A stretch of 64,000 nucleotides of DNA from contig CALVAD010000007.1 in assembly GCA_944325495.1 (NCBI GenBank), positions 2,738 to 66,737 of the forward strand, written 5' to 3'. Numbering within the stretch: position 1 is the stretch's first letter; every line of letters starts with the position of its first letter. Position numbers and translations under genes: made by a program. Of this stretch, positions 30,437 through 40,267 are shown piece by piece. The DNA is from an uncultured Bacteroidales bacterium. Its GTDB lineage: Bacteria > Bacteroidota > Bacteroidia > Bacteroidales > UBA932. The notes under the pieces were generated by a model that saw nothing but the letters and a program-made list of their open reading frames with translations, was not told the origin of the DNA and did not search any database.

Positions 30437-31802
30437 GATTACATTCAGGATAGGAGGCGTCCATCCCGACGACAACAAGATTTCGAGGAACTGCGCCATC
30501 GAGACGCTGCCCCTGCCTCCGACGGTCTATGTGTCCGTGTCGCAGCATATCGGCGCTCCGGCTAAGCCCGTGGTCGCCGCCGGCGACAAGGTGAAGGCCG
30601 GACAGGTGATAGCGGAGCCGGGCGGTTTCGTGTCGGCGTTCGTCCATTCTCCGGTTTCCGGAACCGTGAAGGGCATAGTCAGCCGCAAGGATCTGGCCGG
30701 CAGGCCGGTTCCCCATATCGAAATAGCGGTGGAGGGTGACGAATGGGCCGAAGGAATCGACCTCTCCGACACGCTCGTGACCGAGATCCCCTCCGACAAG
30801 GCCGTGATTCTCGAGAAGATCAAGGCCGGCGGCGTGGTCGGACTCGGAGGAGCCACCTTCCCGACCCATGTGAAGCTCAATCCCGCGCCCGGAAAGGTGG
30901 CGGACTGCCTGATAATCAACGGAGCAGAATGCGAGCCCTGGCTTACCAGCGATTTCCGCATCATGGTTGAGCGTCCCGACGAGATAGTCGTCGGCGCAGC
31001 CCTGATGCAGAAGGTGCTCGGCTGCCGCTGCGTGATAGGCGTCGAGGAGAACAAGCCCGAGGCCGTCGAGGCCCTGAAGGCTTCGGTGGCGAAGCTCGGC
31101 TATCCCGACATCCAGGTGCTCTCGCTCAGGAAGCGCTATCCGCAGGGTGGCGAGAAGCAGCTCATCGACGCGGTCCTGCACCGTCAGGTGCGCTCGGGCT
31201 GCCTGCCCATCGATGCCGGGGCCGTGGTCCAGAACGTAGCCACCGCTCTCGCGGTCTATGAGGCCGTGCAGAAGAACAGGCCGCTTGTCACCAACACTCT
31301 GACCGTGACCGGCGACTGCCTGCCCGTGGAGCGGCAGCACAATTATCTGTTCCGCATCGGCACACCGCTGTCCTTCATCATGGAGCAGGCGGGAGGTGTG
31401 CCCGAAGGAGCCGCCAAGATCATCAGCGGCGGCCCCATGATGGGAAAGGCCGTCAGCAATGTCGACGCGGCCACGGTAAAGGGTTCGTCGTCGATTCTCT
31501 ACCTGACCGAGGCTGCCACGAAGCGCAATCCCCAGAGCAATTGCATACGCTGCGGAAAGTGCTCCGACGCCTGCCCCATGGGGCTCGAACCTTTCCTGCT
31601 GAACCGCCTGTACAAGGCCGGGGACGCCGACGGGCTGGAGAAGAACGCAGTCCAGGACTGCATCGAATGCGGCTGCTGTCTGTACAGCTGCCCCGCATAC
31701 ATACCTCTGCTTGACAACATCCGTCAGGCCAAGGGTCAGGTGATGGGTATAATCCGTGCGCGCGCCGCCGCAGCCAAGGCGGCCGCCGAGGCAGTAAAAT
31801 AG
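30429..31802 (+). CDS. rnfC: Rnf electron transport complex subunit C
   Basis: QHIGAP, GLGGATFPTHVK, NGAECEP, YPQGGEKQL, two 4Fe-4S motifs. Confidence 0.96.
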   Translation: MSKITFRIGGVHPDDNKISRNCAIETLPLPPTVYVSVSQHIGAPAKPVVAAGDKVKAGQVIAEPGGFVSAFVHSPVSGTVKGIVSRKDLAGRPVPHIEIAVEGDEWAEGIDLSDTLVTEIPSDKAVILEKIKAGGVVGLGGATFPTHVKLNPAPGKVADCLIINGAECEPWLTSDFRIMVERPDEIVVGAALMQKVLGCRCVIGVEENKPEAVEALKASVAKLGYPDIQVLSLRKRYPQGGEKQLIDAVLHRQVRSGCLPIDAGAVVQNVATALAVYEAVQKNRPLVTNTLTVTGDCLPVERQHNYLFRIGTPLSFIMEQAGGVPEGAAKIISGGPMMGKAVSNVDAATVKGSSSILYLTEAATKRNPQSNCIRCGKCSDACPMGLEPFLLNRLYKAGDADGLEKNAVQDCIECGCCLYSCPAYIPLLDNIRQAKGQVMGIIRARAAAAKAAAEAVK

Positions 31803-31803
31803 A

Positions 31804-32793
31804 ATGTATATGGATAAGTTGATAGTTTCACCGTCTCCTCACATACACGCCAGGACATCCACCTCGGTGATAATGAGGGACGTGATCATCGCGCTGGCCC
31901 CGGCGATACTCGTGTCGGTGCTTTTCTACGGATGGAGCGAGCTTCTGGTGCTCGGAGTGAGCGTCGCGTCATGCGTGTTCGTCGAATGGGCGATCACGAA
32001 ATGGCTGCTGCGCCGTCCGTCCACGATAGGCGACCTCTCCGCGGTCGTGACGGGCCTGCTGCTGGCGATGAACCTGCCGGCCACGACTCCCTGGTGGGTG
32101 GTCTTCATCGGAGCTCTCGTGGCCATCGGAGTCGCCAAGATGACTTTCGGAGGACTCGGGCAGAACGTGTTCAACCCGGCCATCACCGGACGCGTGTTCC
32201 TGCTGATATCGTTCCCCACCTACATGACCGACTGGACCATGCCTTCGGGTTTCGTGCGGTCGGTGGACGCCGTTTCGGGCTCCACTCCGCTGAGCGCGCT
32301 CAAGGAGGCCCTGATGTCCGGCTCCACCATTTCCGACTTCGTCGCCGGATATGACGGCGGCTGGCGCGCCCTGCTTACCGACATAGGCGGCTCGGCCGGA
32401 GAAATCTCCGCGATCGCCCTGCTGGTCGGCTTCGGCTACCTGCTGCTGCGCAAGGTGGTGAAGATATGGATACCGTTGAGCATCTTCGCGACCATAGCGC
32501 TGATATCGTTGATATTCAACTCCGTCGACCCCGAGGCATATACCGGGGTGCTGTTCAATCTCAAGACGGGCGGCGTGATTCTCGGAGCCTGCTTCATGGC
32601 CACCGACTATGTGACCTCGCCCATGAGCCGCACCGGCGGAATCATCTACGGAATAGGCATAGGCTTCATAGTGATGATGATACGCTATTTCGGCTCGTAT
32701 CCCGAGGGAATGTCGTTCGCGATACTTATAATGAACTGCGTGGTGCCGCTGCTCAACAAGTGGTTCCACCAGAAAAAATACGGGAGGAATTAA
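31804..32793 (+). CDS. rnfD: Rnf electron transport complex subunit D
   Basis: SPSPH, FGGLGQNVFNPA, SGSTPL FMN site, FMATDYVTSP. Confidence 0.96.
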   Translation: MYMDKLIVSPSPHIHARTSTSVIMRDVIIALAPAILVSVLFYGWSELLVLGVSVASCVFVEWAITKWLLRRPSTIGDLSAVVTGLLLAMNLPATTPWWVVFIGALVAIGVAKMTFGGLGQNVFNPAITGRVFLLISFPTYMTDWTMPSGFVRSVDAVSGSTPLSALKEALMSGSTISDFVAGYDGGWRALLTDIGGSAGEISAIALLVGFGYLLLRKVVKIWIPLSIFATIALISLIFNSVDPEAYTGVLFNLKTGGVILGACFMATDYVTSPMSRTGGIIYGIGIGFIVMMIRYFGSYPEGMSFAILIMNCVVPLLNKWFHQKKYGRN

Positions 32794-32796
32794 GTC

Positions 32797-33369
32797 ATGG
32801 CAGCAAAATCCACACTTCTGAACATGGTGCTCTGCCTTTCGGCGGTCTGCCTCGTATGCTCCGCCGTGCTGGGCGTGGCGTATGCGGTCACCGCCGAGCC
32901 GATAGCGCAGGCGCAGGTGGCCAAGACCAACGCTTCCATTGCCAAGGTGCTCCCGCCTTTCGAGGGCGACGCGGTGCCCGGCAGCGTGAAGCTCGGAGAC
33001 GTCGAGTATGATTATTATAAGGTCGAAGGCACAGGCTACGCGGTGATTTCGGCGGCCAACGGATTCAGCGGCCCCGTGACCGTGATGGTCGGGATAGACT
33101 GCTCCGGAATAATCCACAACACGGAGGTGCTTTCGCAGAGCGAGACTCCGGGACTCGGAGCCAAGTGCCAGACCGACGAGAACTTCATAAACCAGTTCAA
33201 GGGCTGGGATCCGGCGTCGAAGACGCTCGCCGTCAGGAAGGACGGCGGCGACGTGGACGCCATCACCGCCTCCACCATCACCTCCAGGGCCTATGCGCTG
33301 GCGGTTTCGAACGCGGTGGAGGTCTACAGAACGATAGTTGCAGACGAAGGAGGCCAGGATAATGAGTAA
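32797..33369 (+). CDS. rnfG: Rnf electron transport complex subunit G
   Basis: ETPGLG and VDAITASTITS FMN-attachment motif. Confidence 0.95.
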   Translation: MAAKSTLLNMVLCLSAVCLVCSAVLGVAYAVTAEPIAQAQVAKTNASIAKVLPPFEGDAVPGSVKLGDVEYDYYKVEGTGYAVISAANGFSGPVTVMVGIDCSGIIHNTEVLSQSETPGLGAKCQTDENFINQFKGWDPASKTLAVRKDGGDVDAITASTITSRAYALAVSNAVEVYRTIVADEGGQDNE

Positions 33370-33946
33370 GCTTTCATTGATTACCAAGGGTTTCGTCAAG
33401 GACAACCCGACTTTCTCCCTTGTGCTCGGCATGTGCCCGACGCTTGCGACCACGACCTCGGCCATGAACGGCCTGGAGATGGGACTCGCGACCATGTTCG
33501 TGCTGATTCTCAGCAATATCGTGATCTCACTCGTGGCGCCGGTGGTGCCCGACAAGGTGCGCATTCCCGTGTATATAGTGATCATCGCGACCTTCGTGAC
33601 GGTGCTCCAGCTTCTGATGCAGGCCTATGTGCCTGCCGTCTATGAGACCCTGGGCCTGTTCATCCCGCTCATCGTGGTGAACTGCATCGTGCTCGGGCGC
33701 GCCGAGGCCTTCGCCAACAAGAATTCAGTGGTCGATTCGGCTCTCGACGGCCTCGGGATAGGCATAGGCTTCACGATGTCGCTCACCGTGATAGGAATAG
33801 TCCGCGAGATTCTCGGAAGCGGCTCCGTGTTCGGCTGGAAGTTCATCGCCGGCGACGGCATACTCGCCTTCGTGATGGCTCCGGGCGCCTTCCTCGTGCT
33901 GGGCTATCTTATGGTGCTGTTCAACAAGTTCCTCGCTAAAAAGTAA
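33362..33946 (+). CDS. rnfE: Rnf electron transport complex subunit E
   Basis: LGMCPTLA, LIVVNCIVLGRAE, REILG. Confidence 0.95.
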   Translation: MSKLSLITKGFVKDNPTFSLVLGMCPTLATTTSAMNGLEMGLATMFVLILSNIVISLVAPVVPDKVRIPVYIVIIATFVTVLQLLMQAYVPAVYETLGLFIPLIVVNCIVLGRAEAFANKNSVVDSALDGLGIGIGFTMSLTVIGIVREILGSGSVFGWKFIAGDGILAFVMAPGAFLVLGYLMVLFNKFLAKK

Positions 33947-33951
33947 AAGCC

Positions 33952-34557
33952 ATGGGAGAGTATTTGCTTATCATCATATCGGCGATATTCGTAAACAATA
34001 TCCTGCTTGCCCAGTTCCTCGGAATATGTCCGTTCCTGGGCGTGTCGAACAAGCTTTCCACCGCGGCCGGAATGTCGGGCGCCGTCTGCTTCGTGATCAC
34101 GCTCGCGACCGTGGTCACCTATCTGCTCAACAGCTATGTGCTGGCCCCCTTCGGGCTTGAGTTCCTGCAGACGATATCCTTCATCCTCGTGATCGCGGCT
34201 TTGGTCCAGATGGTGGAGATAGTGCTCAAGAAGGTCAGCCCTTCGCTGTATCAGGCCCTGGGCATCTTCCTGCCGCTGATCACCACCAACTGTGCCGTGC
34301 TCGGCGTCGCCATCACCGTGGTGACCAAGGAGTTCGCCTTCGGAGGCACGGCTTCCCATCTGCTCAATCTCGGCGAGGCCACGGTCTATGCCCTCGCGAC
34401 TTCCCTCGGCTACGGGCTCGCGATGTGCCTGTTCGCCGGTCTGCGTGAACACCTTGCGCTCAACGACGTGCCCAAGGCGTTCAGAGGCCTGCCCATTGCG
34501 CTGATCACGGTCAGCATAATGGCGATGGCTTTTCTCGGTTTCTCAGGAATGGTCTAA
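33952..34557 (+). CDS. rnfA: Rnf electron transport complex subunit A
   Basis: FLGICPFLGVS, LPLITTNCAVLG. Confidence 0.95.
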   Translation: MGEYLLIIISAIFVNNILLAQFLGICPFLGVSNKLSTAAGMSGAVCFVITLATVVTYLLNSYVLAPFGLEFLQTISFILVIAALVQMVEIVLKKVSPSLYQALGIFLPLITTNCAVLGVAITVVTKEFAFGGTASHLLNLGEATVYALATSLGYGLAMCLFAGLREHLALNDVPKAFRGLPIALITVSIMAMAFLGFSGMV

Positions 34558-34578
34558 TCAAATAAACAGTATTCAATC

Positions 34579-35031
34579 ATGAAAAAGATTCTTGCAGTCA
34601 TGTTCGCCGCGCTGGCGTTCACGTTCGCGGCAAATGCGCAGCCCAAGGCCATAGGTCTCCGCGCGGGCAACGGCGCAGAGATTTCATACCAGCATTATCT
34701 CGGAGGAGCTAATTTCGTGGAGGCCGATCTCGGCTTCATGAGCAACAGCTTCCGTGCTACGGGACTCTATGACTTCCATCTCGGCAGCGCCGGCAACTTC
34801 ATCTTCTACGCCGGTCCGGGTGCCTCGCTCGGCTTCGCCAACTGGGTTGACGGCGACGGCAATGCCAGGACAAGCTTCCAGCTTGCAGTAGCGGGCCAGA
34901 TCGGCGCCGAGTTCGTGATTCCCGGGGCTCCCATCAACCTCTCGCTTGACTGGAGACCTGCAATCAACATCATCGGCGGACCTGTCTTCGGCTGGGACGG
35001 ATTCGCACTCGGAATAAGATACAGGTTCTGA
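34579..35031 (+). CDS. Small outer membrane beta-barrel protein of unknown function
   Basis: Signal peptide, AIGLRAG, SLDWRP, C-terminal GIRYRF. Confidence 0.85.
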   Translation: MKKILAVMFAALAFTFAANAQPKAIGLRAGNGAEISYQHYLGGANFVEADLGFMSNSFRATGLYDFHLGSAGNFIFYAGPGASLGFANWVDGDGNARTSFQLAVAGQIGAEFVIPGAPINLSLDWRPAINIIGGPVFGWDGFALGIRYRF

Positions 35032-35050
35032 AACGGAAATTTTTTGCCTG

Positions 35051-35085
35051 AAGGGGCTGTCGGATAACTCCGGCGGCCCCTTTTC
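35051..35085 (+). terminator. Intrinsic terminator
   Basis: AAGGGGCTGTCGGA / TCCGGCGGCCCCTT stem with G-U pairs, then Ts. Confidence 0.75.
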
Positions 35086-35095
35086 ATGTCAAGTT

Positions 35096-35510
35096 TGTAT
35101 AGTCCTGAATAACCGTTACAGTTATTTTAGACAAAAAAATCATTTATCACAGTCCAGCAAGAGTCTTGCTGGACTGTTTGTTTCTGTAATTTCTAATTTT
35201 GATCTGATTCTGATGATGCATATACTCGGGTGTTTTGTATCCACAGGAATAGTGAGGCCGAAGATTGTTGTACTTATAGACGGCATCCTTTATGACGCGC
35301 CTCATGTCCTGTAATGGCAGATCAAGTTTCTCAAGCAGGAACTCCTGCTTGAGGATCCCGTTCACACGCTCGGCCACGGCATTAAGGGTCATAGGATTCT
35401 GTCATACTTGGTGTTATGCAATACCGGCTCAGCAACTTCTGGTATGCGTCAGAGCAGTATTGTATGCCGCGGTCCGAGTGATGAATCAATGGCTCTCCCT
35501 TATACAGACC
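35096..35510 (-). mobile_element. IS3-family remnant: one terminal repeat plus frameshifted 3' part of the transposase (inner boundary approximate)
   Basis: Minus strand reads LIHHSDRGIQYCS...SMTESYDP, then shifts frame into NAVAERVNGILKQEF...YNNLRPH; TG-initiated end TGTATAGTCCTGAATAACCGTTACA at 35096; AT-rich. Confidence 0.88.
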
Positions 35511-36286
35511 GCACGCCTTCGAGCATAACCGTAGCCGAGGTGGGCAACAGCACCTTCGTGATGACCTGGGCGCTTTGGAACAAGCTCCGCGAGTCGGCCG
35601 AGGACGGCACCGACGACCGTCTCACCAAGCTCGTCTACGCCGGTATCTACGACACCCAGAGCATTTCGAACGCATCCGACGAGGTGAATGTGGTTACTCT
35701 CGAGAACAAGGATCCTGATTCGGGCGCAGTGCTTTCGACGACTACCCACGCCTGCATGCCCACATCGCTCAAGTACTTCGATTTCGCCTGCGAGTCCACC
35801 GGAATCAGCCGGTCCAGCAACGACAACATCATCTACCGCTACGGCGGAGTGCTGCTGATGTATGCCGAGTGCCTCAACGAGACCAACCAGAGCGGAGATC
35901 GCGGCAATGCGATGGCTTATGTGAACCTTATCCGCGAGCGTGCCAACGCCGAGCCTGTCACAGCCAGCAGCCAGGAGGACATAAGGCTTGCAATCGAGAA
36001 CGAGAACCTGCTTGAGCTCAACTTCGAGGGTCACCGCTGGTTCAATCTCGTGCGCACCGACAGGATCACTCCCGTGATGGTCGAGCATTTCGCCCACCGC
36101 ACCCCCGGCCTTTCCGCCATCCATCAGGCTGACGAGAACGGCATGACGGTGACCGACGCCAACGCCACGACCGCGACCGCACAGGCTCACTGGAAATGGG
36201 AGAACAGCAGCGCGGATGTGCTCTTCGCCATCCCTTACGATCAGATTCAGCTCACCAACTGGGAGCAGAACGAGATCTACCAATAG
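35511..36286 (+). pseudogene. 5'-truncated SusD/RagB family gene (start approximate)
   Basis: IYRYGGVLLMYAECLNE, ELNFEGHRWFNLVR, LFAIPYDQI..QN; no signal peptide or susC; the ORF's N-terminus is antisense IS3 sequence. Confidence 0.85.
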
Positions 36287-36413
36287 AATTATCAGGAAAA
36301 ATGCAGATGATGTCGGTTTGATATTACGACATCGAGTCGCCCGGAGAGCTGTGAAGTTCACCGGGCGATTTTCTAAATTGTTTTTTATTTTTGTTCCCGT
36401 AAAGAACCTGCCC

Positions 36414-37298
36414 ATGAAGCCGCATATTGTCGTCGGACTCGGAGAAATACTCTGGGACTTGCTTCCGTCGGGGAAAAGACTCGGCGGAGCGCCTGCTAAT
36501 TTTGCATATCATGTGTCAGCCTTCGGCCTGGACGGGATGGCGTTGAGCGCGACCGGTCGGGATGAGCTCGGCCGTGAGATTGTCGCCACGCTGGATTCGG
36601 CCGGGCTTTCTCATTCTCTGCAGCTCAATGATCGGCCGACCGGGACGGTCAGAGTGACGCTGGGCGGTGCCGGCATTCCGGAATATGACATAGTGGAGGA
36701 TGTCGCATGGGACCGGCTCAGATTTGATGACGCTTTTGCAGGAATCGCCGCTGAATGCTCGTGCGTATGCTTCGGTACATTGGCCCAGCGCAGCCCTGTG
36801 TCGAGAGAATGCATCCGTTCCTTCCTGGACGCCGTGCCTGAGGACTCTCTCAAGATATATGACATCAATCTCCGTCAGCGGTATTATTCCGAGGAGCTCA
36901 TACGCGAGTCGATGTCGAAGGCGGACATACTCAAGCTCAATGACGATGAGCTCAAGATGGTTTCCGGCATGTTCGGATATGGCGGCGCCATGCTTCCGGC
37001 GGACATCTGCCGCAGGCTGCTTGAAGACAGCGGGTTGAAACTGATCATCCTGACCTGCGGCACGAAGGGCAGTTATGTGGTGGCTGCGGACGAGGTGCTG
37101 TTCCATGAGACGCCTGTCGTCAATGTCGTGGATACTGTGGGCGCCGGCGATTCGTTCACCGCCACGTTCTGCGCTGCCCTTCTGAAAGGGCACGATCCGG
37201 AGGCTGCGCTCGATGCGGCAGTCAGGGTGTCCGCTTTCGTGTGCACGCGCGAAGGGGCCATGCCGGAGCTTCCCGAGGAGTTGGGAAATCTGCTCTGA
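36414..37298 (+). CDS. PfkB family carbohydrate kinase, probable fructokinase
   Basis: GLGEILWD, GGAPANFAY, DINLR, VDTVGAGDSF; TATTTTTG box at 36386-36393. Confidence 0.9.
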   Translation: MKPHIVVGLGEILWDLLPSGKRLGGAPANFAYHVSAFGLDGMALSATGRDELGREIVATLDSAGLSHSLQLNDRPTGTVRVTLGGAGIPEYDIVEDVAWDRLRFDDAFAGIAAECSCVCFGTLAQRSPVSRECIRSFLDAVPEDSLKIYDINLRQRYYSEELIRESMSKADILKLNDDELKMVSGMFGYGGAMLPADICRRLLEDSGLKLIILTCGTKGSYVVAADEVLFHETPVVNVVDTVGAGDSFTATFCAALLKGHDPEAALDAAVRVSAFVCTREGAMPELPEELGNLL

Positions 37299-37305
37299 AC
37301 GGGGT

Positions 37306-38796
37306 TCAGAGCAGATCCAGGTTCCGGCTGTCCTTCAGCAGGGAGATGTTCGTGTGGTATTGGTCTTCCGTGAAGTCGTGGTATCTGGGCGGCTCGACCT
37401 GCACGGCCGCGTCCGCGGGGAGGCTTATGGTGATCTCCTGACCGCCTTCGGCCATCTTCCTGTCGTCCGACAGCACGACGGGGGAGAGCGTGAGCACTCC
37501 GTCCGAATAGGTGCAGAACGCCGGCGCCCGGTCCTTCCTGTTGAAATTCACGGTGCTTTCCTCTATCCGGATGTCAGTGATTGCCGGGTCGCGGCGGATT
37601 CTGACCTTCGGGTAGATGTAGACATCGTCTCCGCTGATCATGAAGAGTTCGTAGCTGTCCTCGTCGGCGTCGACATAGATGTAGTCATAGTCCATGTCGG
37701 AGTTCTCCATCTTCAGGCGCAGAGGTTCGCCGTTCTGGAGCGTGACGGAGGTCGAGGCGTACTGTCTTTCGCCGCTGTCGAGCTCCAGGGCCGTCTTCGT
37801 ACCCATGTAGGCTAGCGTGCCCAGGCCGGCGATCCAGAGCAGCAGAAGTATGAGTCCGGGTTTCCAGCGAGGGGCCTTCAGGTTGAACGCCATCAGGATG
37901 CCGCTGTAGAGCAGTGCGGCGAAGGGGATGCCGAGCGTGACCATAATCGCGGCGATGCACAGGCTGACGGATCCGGGACCTGCCAGCGACGAAATCAGCG
38001 TGCCTGCGCTGACCGGCATGAAAGCCGAGCTCCCGGCGAATGTGACGGTGAGCGCGAGCAGTGCGGCGCAGGAGACTATGATGAATACCGTCCCGATTAT
38101 CGCTCCGACCGCCCTCATCGCTCCGTGAAACAGGCCGTGGTGGTTTTCGGCGAACTTCCTGGCGGTGTCGCCGATTTCGTCGGCGTTTTTCTCCACATTC
38201 TCCATGATGCTTTCGAGCGTGTTCTTCTCGCCGCGCATCTGGTAGCGCTGCCTTACGGTCCTGGCTTCCGGGATTGCAAGCCAGAGCGCGAGGTATGCGG
38301 CTATGGGAACCCAGAAAGCCGTCCGTGCGGGCGTCATCGTGAAGAACAGGAAGATGACTACGGCTATCAGGCGGAACAGCAGGGGGTCCTTGTCGAAGTA
38401 GGCGGCGATTCCGGAGCATACGCCTCCGAGAATCTTGTCATACGGGTTGCGGTAGAGTTTCCTTTTATTTTTGTCCCGGCCGTCCTCTCCGCCTGCGGCG
38501 CTGCCATCGGCCGCTTTGTCCGCGCCGGCGTTCTTGTCCGCATCGATGTCTTTCACCGAGCCCAGGGTGTCGCATGTCTCCCGGGCCATTGCCGCGGTGA
38601 CCACGCCCGAAGGTCCGCATTTCTCGAGCAGCAGCTCCGCGATGCGCACTTCGATTTCCTCCATTATCTCCTTCCCTGAGGGATTGCCGGCGAAATGGGC
38701 TTCAAGGGAATCGAGATAGTTCTTCAGCAGATTGAAGGCTTCTTCCTCCAGGCTGAACGCCGTCCTGCCAATGCTGGCTTTCACTACGGGTTTCAT
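37306..38796 (-). CDS. PspC domain-containing membrane protein with extended C-terminus
   Basis: EIEVRIAELL N-domain, KLYRNPYDKILGGVCSGIAAYF PspC motif, several TMs. Confidence 0.9.
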   Translation of the reverse strand: MKPVVKASIGRTAFSLEEEAFNLLKNYLDSLEAHFAGNPSGKEIMEEIEVRIAELLLEKCGPSGVVTAAMARETCDTLGSVKDIDADKNAGADKAADGSAAGGEDGRDKNKRKLYRNPYDKILGGVCSGIAAYFDKDPLLFRLIAVVIFLFFTMTPARTAFWVPIAAYLALWLAIPEARTVRQRYQMRGEKNTLESIMENVEKNADEIGDTARKFAENHHGLFHGAMRAVGAIIGTVFIIVSCAALLALTVTFAGSSAFMPVSAGTLISSLAGPGSVSLCIAAIMVTLGIPFAALLYSGILMAFNLKAPRWKPGLILLLLWIAGLGTLAYMGTKTALELDSGERQYASTSVTLQNGEPLRLKMENSDMDYDYIYVDADEDSYELFMISGDDVYIYPKVRIRRDPAITDIRIEESTVNFNRKDRAPAFCTYSDGVLTLSPVVLSDDRKMAEGGQEITISLPADAAVQVEPPRYHDFTEDQYHTNISLLKDSRNLDLL

Positions 38797-39134
38797 ATCT
38801 GTCCGTTCTTGATTTTTTCGATTGTGCTGACGATTTCGCCCCATGCGGAATCCATCTCCTGGAGCTGTGCGCGCCCCCTGTCGGTGATTGAGTAGTATTT
38901 GCGCGGCGGCCCCTGGGGTGACTCCTCCCAGCGGTAGGTCAGTAGGCCCTGGTTCTTCTGGCGTATCAGCAGCGGGTAGAGCGTGCCTTCGACCACTATC
39001 ATGTCGGCCTTCTTGAGTTCGGCTATCAGGGATGAGGGGTACTCGTCCTTCTTGCTGAGAATCAGCAATATGCAATATTCCAGCATGCCTTTGCGCATCT
39101 GGGACTTCACGTTCTCGACATTTATCTTCTCCAT
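38793..39134 (-). CDS. PadR family transcriptional regulator
   Basis: QMRKGMLEYCIL, EGTLYPLL, GPPRKYY. Confidence 0.95.
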   Translation of the reverse strand: MEKINVENVKSQMRKGMLEYCILLILSKKDEYPSSLIAELKKADMIVVEGTLYPLLIRQKNQGLLTYRWEESPQGPPRKYYSITDRGRAQLQEMDSAWGEIVSTIEKIKNGQI

Positions 39135-39141
39135 GGGCACG

Positions 39142-39696
39142 CTATTTTGAGACCGTGAAGCGCCTCAGGTTCCCGGCTGTCGGAGGCAGTCCCTGAAGCT
39201 CGCATTTCTGGACCGGAGTGACCGCGAGGGGCGCGATGAGCCACAGGATTATGTATGCCCACAGTCCGCTCGTGCCGCAGAATATCAGAATCACCGCGAT
39301 GACTCTTACCAGAAGTATGTCGATGTTGAAGTATTTGGCTATGCCGCTGCACACGCCACCGATCTTCCGGTCGTCGCTGTCGCGGTAGAAGCGGTGGACC
39401 GGACGCTCGGGAGCCCGTCCGGCGCCGGCTCCGTCCGGGTCGCTGCCGTCCGGCATGCCGAGCTGGCCTATGACCTTCTTCACGAGGTCGGTGTCGACTA
39501 CGTAGTTGGGCGTCGTCGCAGTTTCCGTGAAGAGTTCCGCGATGCGTTCCTCTATCTCGACCATCACGTCGTCGGCCTGCGATGCGGGTTCGATTTTGGC
39601 GCGGAATCTTTCGAGCCATGAGTCCAGGATGGCGTAGGCCTCATTGCTGATGGTGAAGTTTCTGCCGCCTATGGCGACATTTGTAATCTGTTTCAT
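39142..39696 (-). CDS. PspC domain-containing protein (short)
   Basis: EIEERIAELF, RFYRDSDDRKIGGVCSGIAKYF. Confidence 0.9.
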   Translation of the reverse strand: MKQITNVAIGGRNFTISNEAYAILDSWLERFRAKIEPASQADDVMVEIEERIAELFTETATTPNYVVDTDLVKKVIGQLGMPDGSDPDGAGAGRAPERPVHRFYRDSDDRKIGGVCSGIAKYFNIDILLVRVIAVILIFCGTSGLWAYIILWLIAPLAVTPVQKCELQGLPPTAGNLRRFTVSK

Positions 39697-39720
39697 GTCT
39701 TTGCAAGTTTCTTTCCGTTG

Positions 39721-39761
39721 CAAAGATATAAATAATTTATAGTATTATGCAATGCAAGGTA
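39721..39761 (-). promoter_or_regulatory. Promoter of pspC-padR-pspC with candidate PadR operator
   Basis: TATCTTTG (minus, 39721-39728), TTG 21 bp upstream; imperfect palindrome TATTATGCAATGCAAGGTA over the -33 box. Confidence 0.55.
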
Positions 39762-39788
39762 TTAAAATGTCTGTCCGGCCAAGAACGA

Positions 39789-39823
39789 GAAACGGGGCCT
39801 GACTCTCGAGTCGGTCCCGTTTC
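39789..39823 (-). terminator. Probable intrinsic terminator after the adhesin remnant
   Basis: GAAACGGG..GACTC / GAGTC..CCCGTTTC hairpin with pyrimidine tail on minus. Confidence 0.55.
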
Positions 39824-39921
39824 CTTGACTTGCCATGGCGCGGCTTGAAGCCGTTCACGAATATTCTACAGAACTGTCATTCACGACTTCCGCGCTCCAT
39901 ACGCAGCAGAATGAAGGACGA

Positions 39922-40181
39922 TCAATTTGACGGTACATGGTCGTTCGACCCGTCGTAGACAAGGAGTTCGTATCCATCTCCTGCCTTGAGCGTGAATGTG
40001 TTGCCGCCGATGAGCGCATCTTCGTCATAGACGCCTTCGTAGGCTTTCCCGGACTCGTATCCGGCAAGCACTATTCCGTATCCGCTGCCGCCGGCTCCGC
40101 CTCCATTGAAGTCGTAAGTGGGATCGGCGTCGGACTCAAGAGTCGTTCCGCTTATGGTCAGATCCGTTTTCTTGACTTCGA
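39922..40181 (-). pseudogene. Orphan C-terminal fragment of a beta-helix-type surface protein
   Basis: VEVKKTDLTISGTTL...NGGGAGGSGYGIVLA; host-like codon bias; the ORF-track start derives from the adjacent hairpin. Confidence 0.55.
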
Positions 40182-40221
40182 CAGGGAGGCCTGCCGGATT
40201 TGCTTCCGGCAGGCCTCCCTG
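40182..40221. terminator. 17-bp perfect hairpin downstream of the adhesin gene
   Basis: CAGGGAGGCCTGCCGGA-TTTGCT-TCCGGCAGGCCTCCCTG. Confidence 0.75.
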
Positions 40222-40267
40222 CATTTTTGCTGCTTTTGATTTCCGTATTGGAAATCAGGTGGAAATT

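Noticed and set aside
35408-35510. N-terminus of the 292-aa ORF as a real protein start
   Set aside because: It is the antisense of the IS3 HHSDRG region; the ORF is a junction chimera.
37306-39696. pspC-padR-pspC as a novel system
   Set aside because: PadR-PspC envelope-stress operons are well known in Bacteroidota; only the duplication is slightly unusual.
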